Below, piece after piece: positions 22,998-35,807 of a stretch of DNA of 64,000 nt. The notes beneath the pieces are model-generated. The model saw only the letters and a program-made list of their open reading frames with translations. It had not been told where the DNA came from and ran no database searches. This DNA comes from Phoronis australis (lineage: Eukaryota > Animalia > Phoronida): the NCBI GenBank assembly GCA_002633005.1, contig NMRA01000807.1:1-64000 (forward strand). The letters run 5' to 3'. The stretch's first letter is position 1, and the number at the start of each line of letters is the position of its first letter. Both the position numbers and the translations under genes were made by a program.

Positions 22998-25587
22998 ATG
23001 TTCGATTAACTGTCATTCGTTACAGTTTGTTTCATGATATAGCCTTTCATATGAAGTAGCCTCCTTTCAAACGGGGCCCTCTCTTGGAAGGGGCATGGCT
23101 TCGGAGTTGAAGTAGATGACATTTCGAATTGTTCGAGAAAACTCCAGAACAAGTTCATGTGAAGAACAGCAACAGTAAGACATACGGCTAACAATAAAAT
23201 ATGAGATTGTATCGAAAAAGTCAACACCATTAAGCGCCATCTGAGCATTGAAGTTGGAATCACTTGAAGATGACTCGAGAATTACAGAAAAGTAAATGTT
23301 ACCGATGGTTTTATTACGATAAAATATCGATACCTTTTCCACAAAGATTTTCAATAACTATAACCTTCTGTTGAAGATTATTATTGGAAACGCATTGTTG
23401 CTGAAGAGAGAGTTGTTTGTATGAACTTGAAACTCACACGTGTCAATCACTGAGACTGTAGGGGATTTTTAATGACTAAGTAGCCTACAGTGTACATGTC
23501 TAACGGGTTGAAGGTGCTAAAACCGGCAATCGTAAACAAGAATTCCATCAATTTTGGAGTGCAAGCTTAATTCATATATTGTATGAACCAGAATTCACAT
23601 TAAGACGAATAAATTCTGAAGCCTCCCAACTCCTCAAGAGTCGCCCTGTGTCCCAGGCGCTCTCCCGATTTTCGATCAAGAGCTTTGCCCCTTCGGGAAC
23701 CACAATCCATACGGTTAATTACGGATTGTTTTTTCGATTTCAACGAGGCCCCTCTCTCTCTTTGTCCCCTCATAATACATCATTGGCGTCCCACTTCAGT
23801 GATACCGTTCAACTAAAATCGTACTCTTTGTGTCCCTGATTGGATATTTTGGTTCTTAATGGGTGGTCTTTTCTTAGTAGTATAATTCGCCTGAAGCGAA
23901 GGTCACGCTTGCACGTTAAGCAGACTCTGTAAGGAGATATCAAATTTTCTCCCATGTTCAATTTTTGAGGGTTGTGAAGGTCTACAGAGCATTATTTTGT
24001 TTTAGAGATCTAAAATGTCTAAGGCAAGTGTGGCAGACATCTGTTTACATCACGCGGTCTTACACCACATTTCGAATTGTCTACGACAGTACTTAATGGA
24101 GCATGCCACCCAAAAAACAACCTAATTTGTATCAATTTAGATCGAGTAGTTCTACTCCATAAGGACACGTACGGTTGCGTTACCTGACACCTGACGGCAG
24201 ACGGAGGTGTTGAAATTATCCAATGACGTCATCGGCTTCACACGCAGTCTGTTCAGCAGTTCACAACATGGGTTACTGGTGTCAGCTTATCACTTGAATT
24301 CATCGTTTAACACCAATAAATCATCAAACTTCGATGTAAACATATCATCAAACTTCGATGTAAAACCCTCAAAAATACACCGAGTTCTTATAAAAACGTG
24401 TTGTTTTATTTCGCTCTTACGGATTTATTGGTATTTGGACACACCGTAGCCTACAAAGTTCGGCAGGCCAATAATAGCAGGAGTTTGGGGTCTGTTCGGA
24501 GATAATTTCGAAGTATTTTCCGTGAGATACAGACAGAAGAACCTAGATCTGTGTTGTTTAGACTTGTGATTTTTTAAGTTCTAAACACAAAACGCTTGTT
24601 ATCCTGGCCAGTGGCTCGGAGCCCGATCAGGCCGGTCGCGGCCGGCCGGATTGACTCGTTATCCCGGCCAGTGGCTTGGAAACTGATCAGCCATCACGAA
24701 CATAAACCAGCCAAAGTTCAGTGGAAAGTAAACTTCCAGTCAAGAAAATACTATAGTAGTGAGCCGAAGTAATGCGCACGTGATTATGTTGGTGAATTAG
24801 CCACGAAACTGCAAATCTACATACTCGTCGGGAGCCGCGAATTCAGCACCGTCAGGGCAGAAGTTGTACATTGACAATCATTATTGGCGTAATGTCGTAG
24901 AAACTGCCACTAGGGGGCCAGCAGTAGTAAAAGTATCTAAAATTTGACGTCAAATGATTTGACCACCATGGAAACATATTTGCAAAAAACAATGAAGCCA
25001 CTTTATGAAGTTTATGAGATACAGCTATATAATGCCCGTAGTCAGGTACCGTAAAATACGCGATTGTATTGTCTTTTCTATCGGCTATTGCTTCAAAACA
25101 AACGAAAAGTCCGTACTTTTTATTTTTTGTTTTCTTAGTCAGAAAGCAAAATGATGAAAAATATCATTGGAAGTCACTAGCACCCCGCAAACTGGCCCCC
25201 AGAGCACCTCACAAATGGCTAAAAATGAAAGACACAAAATTGGGCAAAATGTACCGAATTTTGGCACTCCATGGAAGCTTAACGGAAACCCTTAGAAAAT
25301 TCAGACTGTCTTCTGATAGAAACTTTGAAACATTATAATTTTTTTCTTTCCCGTCCTTTTGAAGCATTTAAAACAACTTCACTAACTGAACCTTTTTGAA
25401 CCAAAAGGGAGCTATTTTGGACCAAAATATACATGATTCTCTAACTCAAAAAATAATGACACAAAAGATTTCAAATAAGCTTTCTGAACATATCCCACCA
25501 GGATGTGTGTGTACACAAAATTTTTTTCAAGATCTGGGTTGGTGACCCTAGAGTCGACCTTTTGGTGCTCTCGTGGAATGACAGTTA
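22998..25587. mobile_element. Right arm of the long inverted repeat; probable non-autonomous DNA transposon, possibly Academ-like
   Basis: 22998-24818 mirrors 1-1815. ttaactgtcattc at 23006 and gaatgacagttaa ending at 25588 form a 13-bp inverted pair. The subterminal cctagagtcga motif is shared with the right end of the Academ element (12976-12986). No clean TSD and no recognisable ORF were seen. Confidence 0.55.
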
Positions 25588-27014
25588 ATTACCAATCTGA
25601 ATGAAATCAGGACTGTCCCCAGACTGAGTAGGCTCCGACTTGGCGTTACTCGCCAAAAACGCCGGTACGGGATGGTCGTACGGCCTCAAACACACAAAGT
25701 CTGGTGTTACGCGAAATCTAACTCATTACCTGTTTCATGCCCTGAGTATTGTCTTCACTCCCATCTTTATACCTGTCTTCATAATACTCATCAAGCTCAC
25801 TCTCTTAAGTCTTCATAACTGACAAAAGCACAACTATCCGCCATTTTACGAATAGTTGTACCAAGAGGGTTTGTGTAACATAAAACGCATCAATAAACGT
25901 GTCACCTTTTCTTCACTCTTTCGAAAACAGTATGTAAAGAATGACAAATTTTGAGTCATTTGGCATCTAAACTAGTCCTACAGATCAATTCAGAAACTTT
26001 TTTGTGTCTTCAAAGTTGTATTTTTGTCCCTTTCACTCCTACTGAAAAGCAAGGTAAGACTAAGAAAAAAAGGGTCAAAAGAACAACAACACAGAATTGT
26101 CGTTTTTCCCTCCAAAACCACCACTTCCCTGCTGTACACGATATAAGCCAACATTAGATTCTGAAAGAAAATTCCCTAAAGAATCCAAAAATGTGGTCCA
26201 AAATATTACTGTCAACTAATTAGTTTTTTTGCAATTCTGGCTTGTTTGAGGTCTGCCTGAAAAGGCAACCGATGTCTCAGTAGTATGACCCAGCAATGCA
26301 CAAATGTAACAGGGGGCGCTGCCATCTCGAAGAAGAGTGCAACTGCAGACCAGCAACTGAAGTGGTCTTTTCTCATTTCCAACATAGTCACAAATATAAA
26401 CAAACAAACCAGATTCACTAATCCTACATACAACACCTACCTCAAAACTGTCCCCAAACGGGGCCTATCCCTAAAACATGCCGCAGCTGCCAACCAAAGC
26501 ATAGGACCGTAAACCTGACTTAGTTGTGCATTGGAAAAGAGTGGCGCCTTTTCTGGGAACTCCATAACAAAATATTGGAGTTGCCAATATGTTGTCTGTG
26601 ATCTATAATCCCATTGTTTGCTCCTAACTCTTGACTTGAAGTGATTGAGGAGAACGGCGGTCCGTGATTGTGTGAGGCCATGTTCGACACATACATTGAC
26701 AAGATCGTACATCAGGTGCTAGGTAATCAGTAGCTCCTACTTTTTTGTCGGGACACACCGGAGGTGGTTGCCAGCTCTAGTACCAAAGTGGTTCTACAGC
26801 AGTTTCAAGTTTTAGTTCAAACCAAACCTGATAGATGTCGCTGTTACACAGATCGTGTTTTCCACTTTTTCTACCAACAAGTCCACAGTTTTGCCCACAA
26901 TCTTGAATATTCATTAAGGCAGAGTAAACAAACTTTTCCACGTGTGTTTCTCATGTAAGTGGACGGGAGAACAAGGGATCGTCAAAAGTTTGCAATTAGT
27001 ACCAACATATTCAG

Positions 27015-27415
27015 GGCCCGGTCTCCAATCTTTTTATTCGAAATGGAACTCGAAATTAGGTTTGGCATTTTCTACTCTACTTTTGGGCGAACTCAAGATA
27101 AGTGTCTATTATTCTATGCTCGAATACACAATAACTTACGTAGATAATTTAGTACCCTTAGTTCACAGTTTGTAAACCCAATATTAAAGCAATAAGTTCG
27201 AGTTTGAACTCGAAATTTCGAGTTTTTACTCGAGTTTGTAGTACGAATATAAGGGTCTTCAAGGGCAAACTTGAACTAGAAACTCCTATGCATAAACTAT
27301 AATGTATGCGAGCACAGTCTGATAACCAATTATCTTAAGTTCGCACAAAAGGAGCAGAGAAATTGCCAAAAATAGTTTCGAGTTCGTTTCGTGTACAAAG
27401 ATTAGAGACCGGGCC
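27015..27415. mobile_element. PIF/Harbinger-type MITE with CAG (CWG) TSD
   Basis: CAG|ggcccggtctccaatc ... gattagagaccgggcc|CAG, with imperfect inverted arms of about 130 bp. Confidence 0.8.
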
Positions 27416-27422
27416 CAGGATT

Positions 27423-28833
27423 GTTGTAAACTTGCTTTTCTTCGATTTTGGGGCGCATTGTAAAATACGGATGCTGTCGGCAAAAATACGGCACTTTGCA
27501 AGGTCGGCCGCGTTTCGTTCACGAAGTCCATCCAAGATCACTATTAATACTGCTAGTTAGCCCTGCCGGGACCCGTCAGTAAAGGGCATCCAGGATCACT
27601 ATTGATACTGCTGGTTAGCCCTAGACCCGTCAGTGACCTAGGTAGACAAACCCATTTTACATTGCGCTCTGTAGGGACCCGACAATAAAATGCATATTTC
27701 TGTTAAAGTATAGTGATTATTCAAAAGTAGTGAGTAAATATCGAAAACAACACTCGATAAAAAATTATGCCATCATTGCATGAGTACTGCGGAGGTTGTT
27801 TGGACACGCTCAGAAACAGTTTCAGGTCATTCATGAAATAAGTCTTCATCCCTCGAATTTCGCCTTTGCTGGTCAATCGAAGTTGGATTCCGGTGGTAAT
27901 AATTTGCGATTGCAATGCTTTATTTTCTTTGTATCGAGGACTAACCACTAACTCTGAGACGGTGTTCGTGAAAACGAGGCTGACTGTGTATTACCAGACA
28001 CTGACACAAGCGGCATTTTTAAATTGCGTCCAAAATTGAGTATACGTGGTTCCGTAAGAAGAAAAACGAGTTTTGACAACCATGGGTATGTTAGGAATGG
28101 CATATACTGCAACCTTTTGGCAATCTANGTTGTAAACTTGCTTTTCTTCGATTTTGGGGCGCATTGTAAAATACGGATGCTGTCGGCAAAAATACGGCAC
28201 TTTGCAAGGTCGGCCACGTTTCGTTCACGAAGTCCATCCAGGATCACTATTGATACTGCTAGTTAGCCCTGCCGGGACCCGTCAGTAAAGGGCATCCGGG
28301 ATCACTATTGATACTGCTAGTTAGCCCTAGACCCGTCAGTGGCCTAGGTAGACAAACCCATTTTACATTGCGCTCTATAGGGACCCGACAATAAAATGCA
28401 TATTTCTGTTAATGTATAGTGATTATTTAAAAATAGTGAGTAAATATCGAAAACAACACTCGATAAAAAATTTTGCCATCATTGCATGAGTACTGCGGAG
28501 GTTGTTTGGACACGCTCAGAAACAGTTTCAGGTCATTCATGAAATAAGTCTTCATCCCTCCAATTTCGCCTTTGCTGGTCAATCGAAGTTGGATTCCGGT
28601 GGTAATAATTTGCGATTGCAATGCTTTATTTTCTTTGTATCGAGGACTAACCACTAACTCTGAGACGGTGTTCGTGAAAACGAGGCTGACTGTGTATTAC
28701 AAGACACTGACACAAGCGGCATTTTTAAATGGCGTCCAAAATTGAGTATACGTGGTTCCGTAGGAAGAAAAACGAGTTTTGACAACCATGGGTATGTTAG
28801 GAATGGCATATACTGCAACCTTTTGGCAATCTA
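27423..28833. repeat. 705-bp direct duplication around a single N; probable uncollapsed haplotype overlap
   Basis: 27423-28127 matches 28129-28833 with N at 28128. The copies differ by scattered substitutions, and duplicate ORFs appear at 27721 and 28427. Confidence 0.9.
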
Positions 28834-30441
28834 TTGGCGATCTAGTGGCAATCTAGTGGCGATCTTTAGAAAAACAGTTGTCTTTAACATCCCTTCCACA
28901 TCCATAAGAAACGCACGAGAATTGGTTTGTTTACTCGACGATGGACGAAATCATGCACTCATGAATTAAAAATATCGTTCGGAATGTCTATATAGCTATT
29001 TATGTCTGCGAAGAGATATCCAGGACGACAAACTCTGCAACACCAATACCCATGTAAACCCTATCAAATCTGGGCCATATTATGAAGTTCAGAGTTGCCG
29101 GCTTACCCGCAAACTTTCATTGTTCCCAAGACGTCGCTGTGGTCGGGTTTCTAATGACTTATTGGCAACGAAGAACATACACGGAAACCCGTGAACTTTG
29201 ACATCGTTGTAGTCAAGATAAAAGTTGACGCTGCTCTGTTCGCCCCAGCCCAGCGGCAGTATGAGATATGCGGTATGCCGATATCTTTTTACCTGAACAA
29301 AGTCACCATTAAGTCAACATAATTAAGTCGACGTGTCGGTGTTGAGTGACATGTCATTTTGCCCCCAATCACCGTCGACACGATTAGGATGTGAAAACTA
29401 GGATATATGTAACGCAAGCAGAATTCAGAGTCTTATTAACTCAGCTGATCAACACAAGCTTTGAACAGGTGTCGGGAAGGTCGTGTCTGGATAAAAATTG
29501 AACGGAGTAATACATGTATCTCAGTGTCAACGGGATAAGACGACCTCAAGTGTGCACTGAAGGGTAAATGAGAGACCAGTCGGGGTAGGTGGAACGGGGA
29601 GCCAATGCCGTGGATCATCGCAACTGCTGTGTTGGTAAGTTTTTTTTTACTTAACACTGACTTGTCAGGTAGTCAACCAGCTGGTACCCAAAATAGAGTA
29701 CTTCCCTAAAACCCTATGTATAGAAATACTTGCATGTTGTCTCCCAATATTTCCTCGCTGTACGTTGTGCAGAATTCACTAGGCCCGTGAATTTGTCTCA
29801 GAATCAGTACACCAACTTGTCTCAACCTCAGTTCACATTTTATCCATGAACTTGACTTGATATATTTGCTTTCAAAAAGCGTAATAACAACCACCGCCTA
29901 CAGTTATGGTTGTTTTCAACTGTTTCGAGTGCATATTACACGCATCACTATAAAAACGATGCACGAGTGCATTTCAAAAGAATCTACTTATCAGATTTTT
30001 ATTATTTATACTGTATTACTTATCTCAGACTGGTATAACTCAGTGTCGTTATTGATTTCCCACGCTATTATTCGGTGCCCATATTTCACCATTTGAAGGC
30101 CGATTTTGTTCATTCGCAAGTTAAAAATTGAGAAAGAGCAACCAGTCGTTAACTGTCTAGCCAGCCTCTACAATGTTCCCGCTGCGAAGTAACTTAACAC
30201 CGTAAACACCGCTCCTTTTGGAAGTGTGAGCCTGTATAAACACGGTTTATTTTTTGAGCACGTGGACAGTGGCACTGTTGTGCTACTGTTGCCGCCGCCG
30301 CTACTTCCAATGTAGCTAAAATTTGAAAAGATAACTTAAAATATGTCTTGAAGTAAATTTCAATTACGTCACCGGCAATTCGTGAGAGCTGAAAACAAAC
30401 GCATTAATGTTTTTTTGTTTTTGATCCTCTGCATGCTCGGT

Positions 30442-30634
30442 TAATAATTATACAAATATATGTTTTCAGCGTCTCCCGTAGTCATTGATAATAATTATAC
30501 AAATATATGTTTTCAGCGTCTCCCGTAGTCATTGATAATAATTATACAAATATATGTTTTCAGCGTCTCCCGTAGTCATTGATAATAATTATACAAATAT
30601 ATGTTTTCAGCGTCTCCCGTAGTCATTGATAATA
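30442..30634. repeat. Minisatellite, 47-bp unit x4
   Basis: taataattatacaaatatatgttttcagcgtctcccgtagtcattga in four identical tandem copies. Confidence 0.95.
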
Positions 30635-33340
30635 AAGTAAATTAAACGACACGGTTGCATTTATATGTATATGATCTTTTAAAAATGAGTCTTGATTAGC
30701 CTGGCAACATCAAACGTTGTGAGACGTATACGTGTTTGATTTTGTGTTAACTGCATCTTACGATATGATTCATTAGTAGCAGCGGACACGGAGGTAAGGG
30801 ATAAAGAGGCCTACATACCCGTGGGTGCTCTCTTAGGAGAGGTATTCGGGACGTGCCACTCAGATGGGGGAATTTCTTTGCAACCCGTTTCCTTACCCAA
30901 GTGTGCCCTTTCATACAAAATGGTTCACTTTTGAGTTTAAATTTGCATGCTCCTAACTATGCTTATGTATAGCAGGAACTAAACAATACTTATATTTTAA
31001 CATAATCTACCCTAAACAAAGTGTAGTTGTATTCATTGACAACTTGTACATATGAAAACAAAATCTGCAAATAGGTGACTTTTGCACCAATACCGGACCT
31101 ACCTCGCGAGCTCACATAGCCCGCATCATGCAATGTTATTCAACAGCACCACGTCACGATAATTACTGTGCACGTTCCGTGGTTTGCGGCGGATCATTTC
31201 CGCCACAAAATTCGTTCTTAACATTTGGCAATTTTCAACCTACTTCATATTCACATCGACGCTATATGTTGCTTTCCTAACTAATTTGACCCAGCAATAA
31301 CAGAGATAAGGAATCAGCCTGCAAGTTCCACTTTAAAACTCCGTAAAAGGTTCCTTTTTCCAAGTATGCAAATCTACTGAAGGGTTATCGATATCATCTC
31401 TATTGTCAAAACTTTGGTTGGAAAAATATATCATTTTTAACAAGACGGTATCTCTCGCTAGACTGTTTTCAACCTTATGTGTTAAAAATGCATCAATTTT
31501 AACAACACGGCATCTCTCCCTGGACTGTTTTCACCGTTATTCAGAATCCGTACGAAAATAGATTTCTGAAATTAACCCCTAAAAAAACTTGTGTTTTGAA
31601 ACAAATTCTACGAAAGGGTGTTTTTTCATGGAAGCTCCCCTGAAAAAGTGCTCCTTTTATGTAGTCTATCCTTATTTACCAGCTACACACCGTCAAAAAT
31701 GTACTTGAATACCCCCCAGACCCTATGTCCAGTTTCTCAGGTACACAGGGATTGTAGAATGCATGAGGTGAATTGCCCGGTCACCTTGACGCAGCAGCAT
31801 TGTGTCTAATCATGTGCATTAATTGTGAAGATCCTAACCACACTCTAGTCAACGACAAAGCAATTATTAATTTTTTGTTTAGTTTCTATGAAATTATTGA
31901 GTAAACATGATCCAGGTTTTCATTTTGTCTAAGCGTAGCACTTTTCAAAGACAACACATGCCGTAAGTTATATCTATCCCACAATGGTTTTGACCTCCGC
32001 AACAAACGGGATCCTCAGCATTGTGTCATGTTTTTCTATAATTACGTTTTTAGGAAGGGAAATGACTACCTTTCAATTCTCGACTTCGTGAAAAATGTTC
32101 CGCAGCAATCGATTTGTGAATCTCCGTATCGAAGTAATCACACTGAGGTTTAATTAAAATGCCCAAAGGCTTGGCGTTGAATAAACAATTTGTAGGCAGC
32201 CAGGATGTCTTTTTGAATAAAACGTTAATGACTATCGTTATCTTTAAAATCTTGCGAATAAGTTAGAGACAGCTTCAACACAAGAATATGCTACTGCAAT
32301 AATTTTGGGCTCATACAAACGACATGATAGGGTTGGGCCGTCGATTCCCCGAGGTCAATTTCAGTAACACGTTTGTTACGTTGTGACGTGTAGGTGGAAG
32401 TAGATTACATGAGCGCATTATGCTGTGTGTGATCTTAGAAGTCCACGTAGGGTTTGACGGGGTTCACGGAGTAAATAGTTGGCGCTTAAACGTGCTTGCT
32501 CTTCTCACTAAATTAGACACGCGTTATACCTCTTCAGTTGCCAGTCTTTTGTAAACCGAATTACTGTACATTTACTAATTCTGCCATCATATAGTGTCTT
32601 AAAGATGAATTCTAGCGTACTGCATGTGTGCTTTTCAGTGGCGTATTGAATTCAAAGGAAGGCGCGTACATTTATACTTTAAGCACAGGCACACCGATAA
32701 CCCGTTTTCTAAAACACGTTTGTAAGTATTCGAGCGACAGTCTCATGCTGTAGGTTACAGTGTCACATGTTACACGACAGCGGAAGGACGGCAAAATGAA
32801 ATGAGGAGACCAGGTGAACAGACTCCTTAAGGTAGCAATAGCAAATTTACTTAGCAAATAATAACATAAAGTGGTTGGCTAATATAAATTCACCAATCAA
32901 ACCAGCGACACAAGTTCGAAAAGTCACAGCAGATACTCAATTCTGAAACAACATGCCTCTGGTGGTAATGCCAATTTGCTTTCAGTTTAACTTGCCCTGG
33001 AGCCGTTTGTACATTGCGTGTCGCTACGCGCGAAGTTGTCATTACGCGCTTATTGAGTGTAATTTACGAGTGGCGGAGCCAAAAAGGAGCGTGGCGGGCT
33101 GCCCAGAAGTTTACACGCAAGGGAAACCCTGCATTCGGAATAGTGTCATGTAACCTTGGAAATATTTTCCATCAAGTTTGTTGCTCGTATGACGCTTGCG
33201 AGGCTGTGCGCCATTGTAACTGATTGACAAGAGAAGACTTTATTCATTGACCAAAGTTTTTATTAGATCTAGACCTACTTGTCCCTAATAATATGAACAT
33301 GCTCGTCGGCGTTTTCTTAGTGCAAGAAAATAGGGTAGTT

Positions 33341-33484
33341 CATGGGCTGAGCAGCCCTGAAAAAAGTGAGGAGCTATAGCCCCCCCAGCTCCCTTGTGGT
33401 GCACCGCCCATAGACCATGGGCGGCGCAGCACTGAAAAAAGTGGGGACTATAGCTCCCCAACCCCCTATGGTGCGAGACCGATG
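33341..33484 (+). mobile_element. Tandem pair of ~70-bp GC-rich mini-MITEs; family also at 36921-36991 and 63165-63300
   Basis: catgggcggcgcagcactgaaaaaagtgggg.ctatagcccccca.ccccctatggtgcgc.gcccatg has self-complementary ends. Confidence 0.8.
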
Positions 33485-33499
33485 TAGTTAAACCAAAGT

Positions 33500-35485
33500 G
33501 GAAATTTGAAGATGCCTGCACTTTACGTAATCTGCCACTATCAAAATAACAGATAACAAACATACTTTCTGTTATTTTGTTTCTTGGTCAATTTTAAGGC
33601 ACTACTTTTTGGGATCTCCCTCGCTGCTAAATATCCTAGCTAGGTATAAACATTTACTTCCAGACTCCCTTGTTACCCTATGGTGTAGCCACCACGCGCG
33701 TTCAGTGCCGATGAATAACATAAAGCCTCACCCAACAGACTGCCATCTGCGCAAACTCCACTTGAGCGAAGTTGGCCCGGTACGGTCCGATGATTACGAG
33801 AAGCGCTTTGAATCAGAAGTAAATTCAAAATTATTACTGACTTAGTTAGCATAGTAGTGCCAGTAGCTGCAACAATTTATGTTGTTGTTGTCCATCTATA
33901 TCTCATCTTAAACAGATAGGCCGTGGCTGGACCTTTTCAGCGGGGGGAGGGGTTTTCGAACGAACCTGGCTACTGGTCTGAAAATACACTTTGACACACT
34001 AGACTTGAATACGGCTGTGTATTACAGAGACACAGCGGATCATCAGTGCCACGTGGTCTCCTGGCATGAAATACTTCCTCGGCATGAAGTTTTTCTGGCA
34101 AGAAACTCTTTGTCCTGGCGTGATAAATTTTGTGTCCTGGCATGATAAATTTTGTGTCTTGGCGTGATAAATCTTCGGTCTCGACGTGTTAAAATTTTTT
34201 GTAAATTTTGGTCCCGGCGCAATACATTTTAGTTTTGAGTATATTTTTTTGCCTTTTAGAGAATTTAATTCTTGAATAGCTAATATGGGTCCTGGATTTT
34301 TTCCGCTTTGGCTTTCCATAGTAGTCGTTGTTTGATGTTGAACATTAGCTCTCGCGTCTGCTTTTGCTGTTACAGTCCAACTTAACTAACAGAGGCCAGC
34401 GCAGTTCATGTGACATCCGAGCTCTGGTGTTTTAGCGAGACCACACCGAATCCCACAGACAGACAACTCTGGAACCGCTTTGCCGGCTGTTTTATTTGGG
34501 TTTCCTTGAAAACGAGTAATGTCTCGTACACGGTAATAGAAGAACGCGTTAGGATGATGCAAAACACTTCCACAGACATTTGTTTTCCTGTGCTCCTGTA
34601 ATGGACTTATTACGCTGAAGAGCGTTTAGCTGCACGCATTGACTTGTTTGCTTTCCTCTCCTCAGCACGTGTCTCAAGTATACCAACTCATTGTGAGGTG
34701 AGAATTCACTCGACTCGATTGGTTATTAAAATTCCCTTGTAATATTCCGCGTCTCTCTGAGTTGCATAAAAATCAATGCACTCCGGCTTTGGGCCGCAGG
34801 CTTGATTACTCTTGTGCCGAGTTCAACTCGTACAAACTTTCCGACATGATGCCTTATCTTGGGTACACCGCACGATAAAGAAGCCATTTTCTAGTGCAGT
34901 ACCACGACTGATCACGAATTAACTCTCAACGTACATAAATCTGTCAGGTCAAACCAATTTCCTTTTTGCAGAGAGTGTCAGCAGGCCCGTAACTAGGGGG
35001 AGGGGTTCGGGGGTTCGATCAACCCCCCCCCGCAAGAGGTCCAGCCCCATCCATCTGTTAATTAGGTTATAGATGGGCAACAACAAATTGTTGTGGATAC
35101 TAGTATTACTAACTGCAATGATAATCAAGTTAGTAATGATTCTGAATTTGCTTCTGATTCAAAGCACTTCTCGTAATCATCGGACCGTACCGGGCCAACT
35201 TCGCTGAATTGGTGTTTGCGCAGATGGCAGACTATTGGGTGAGGCTTTATGTTATTCATCGGCACTGAACGCGCGTGGTGGCTACACCATAGGGTAACAA
35301 GGGAGTCTAGAAGTAAATATGTAAACCCAGCTAAGCGCTACAGCAGCGAGACAGCTTCCAAAACTAATGTGTTGGAATGCATTAAAATCGACCAAAAACA
35401 AAACAGCAGAATATAGGTTTGTTAACCGCTAATTTTGGTATTCTTGCTAGCATAGAACGGTAAACTGCAAGCAATTTCAAACTGA
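33500..35485. mobile_element. Foldback-like element with ~480-bp inverted arms (33500-33980 / 34981-35485)
   Basis: Core 33652-33840 is the near-exact reverse complement of 35131-35318. The outer and inner parts of the arms are more diverged. Confidence 0.8.
34068..34175. repeat. Degenerate ~21-bp tandem repeat (ctggc(a/g)tgataaattttgtgtc)
   Basis: About five imperfect copies are visible. Confidence 0.75.
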
Positions 35486-35807
35486 AAGTGATCGTCAAAT
35501 ATGTTGATCATCCAGTGTCCACTTTGATTGTGGATTGGTGGATTGACATGCATGCGTGTACATCTGTGTGCGTTTCCGTTTTTTTAAATTCAGTGCCCGC
35601 TGACGGTAAGTTCACTATAGGCAATCCTCCGTGGTTGCTCAAAAACCAAACATTCAAATACCGTGTTTTCGTGCACTGAGAAAACCCCGGCGAACATGTA
35701 TTGGGGAAAAGTAGGTGTAGACCTGATAAAGTCTTCTCTTTTTTATCAGTGTCAATGGTTCGCAGCCTCGCAGACTTCAGACAAGCAACAAACTTGATGC
35801 AGAAGAA

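Noticed and set aside
22372-23037. Long ORFs of 180-220 aa
   Set aside because: They are artefacts of translating the N gap.
26050-26950. Possible further Penelope (Neptune-like) or RLE relic (KCNRGRC, TCRSC, SIG motifs)
   Set aside because: The motifs are scattered over frames and too degenerate to call without a search.
30442-30634. CRISPR-like regular repeats (also 51671-51780)
   Set aside because: The units are contiguous with no unique spacers, there are no cas genes, and the context is eukaryotic.
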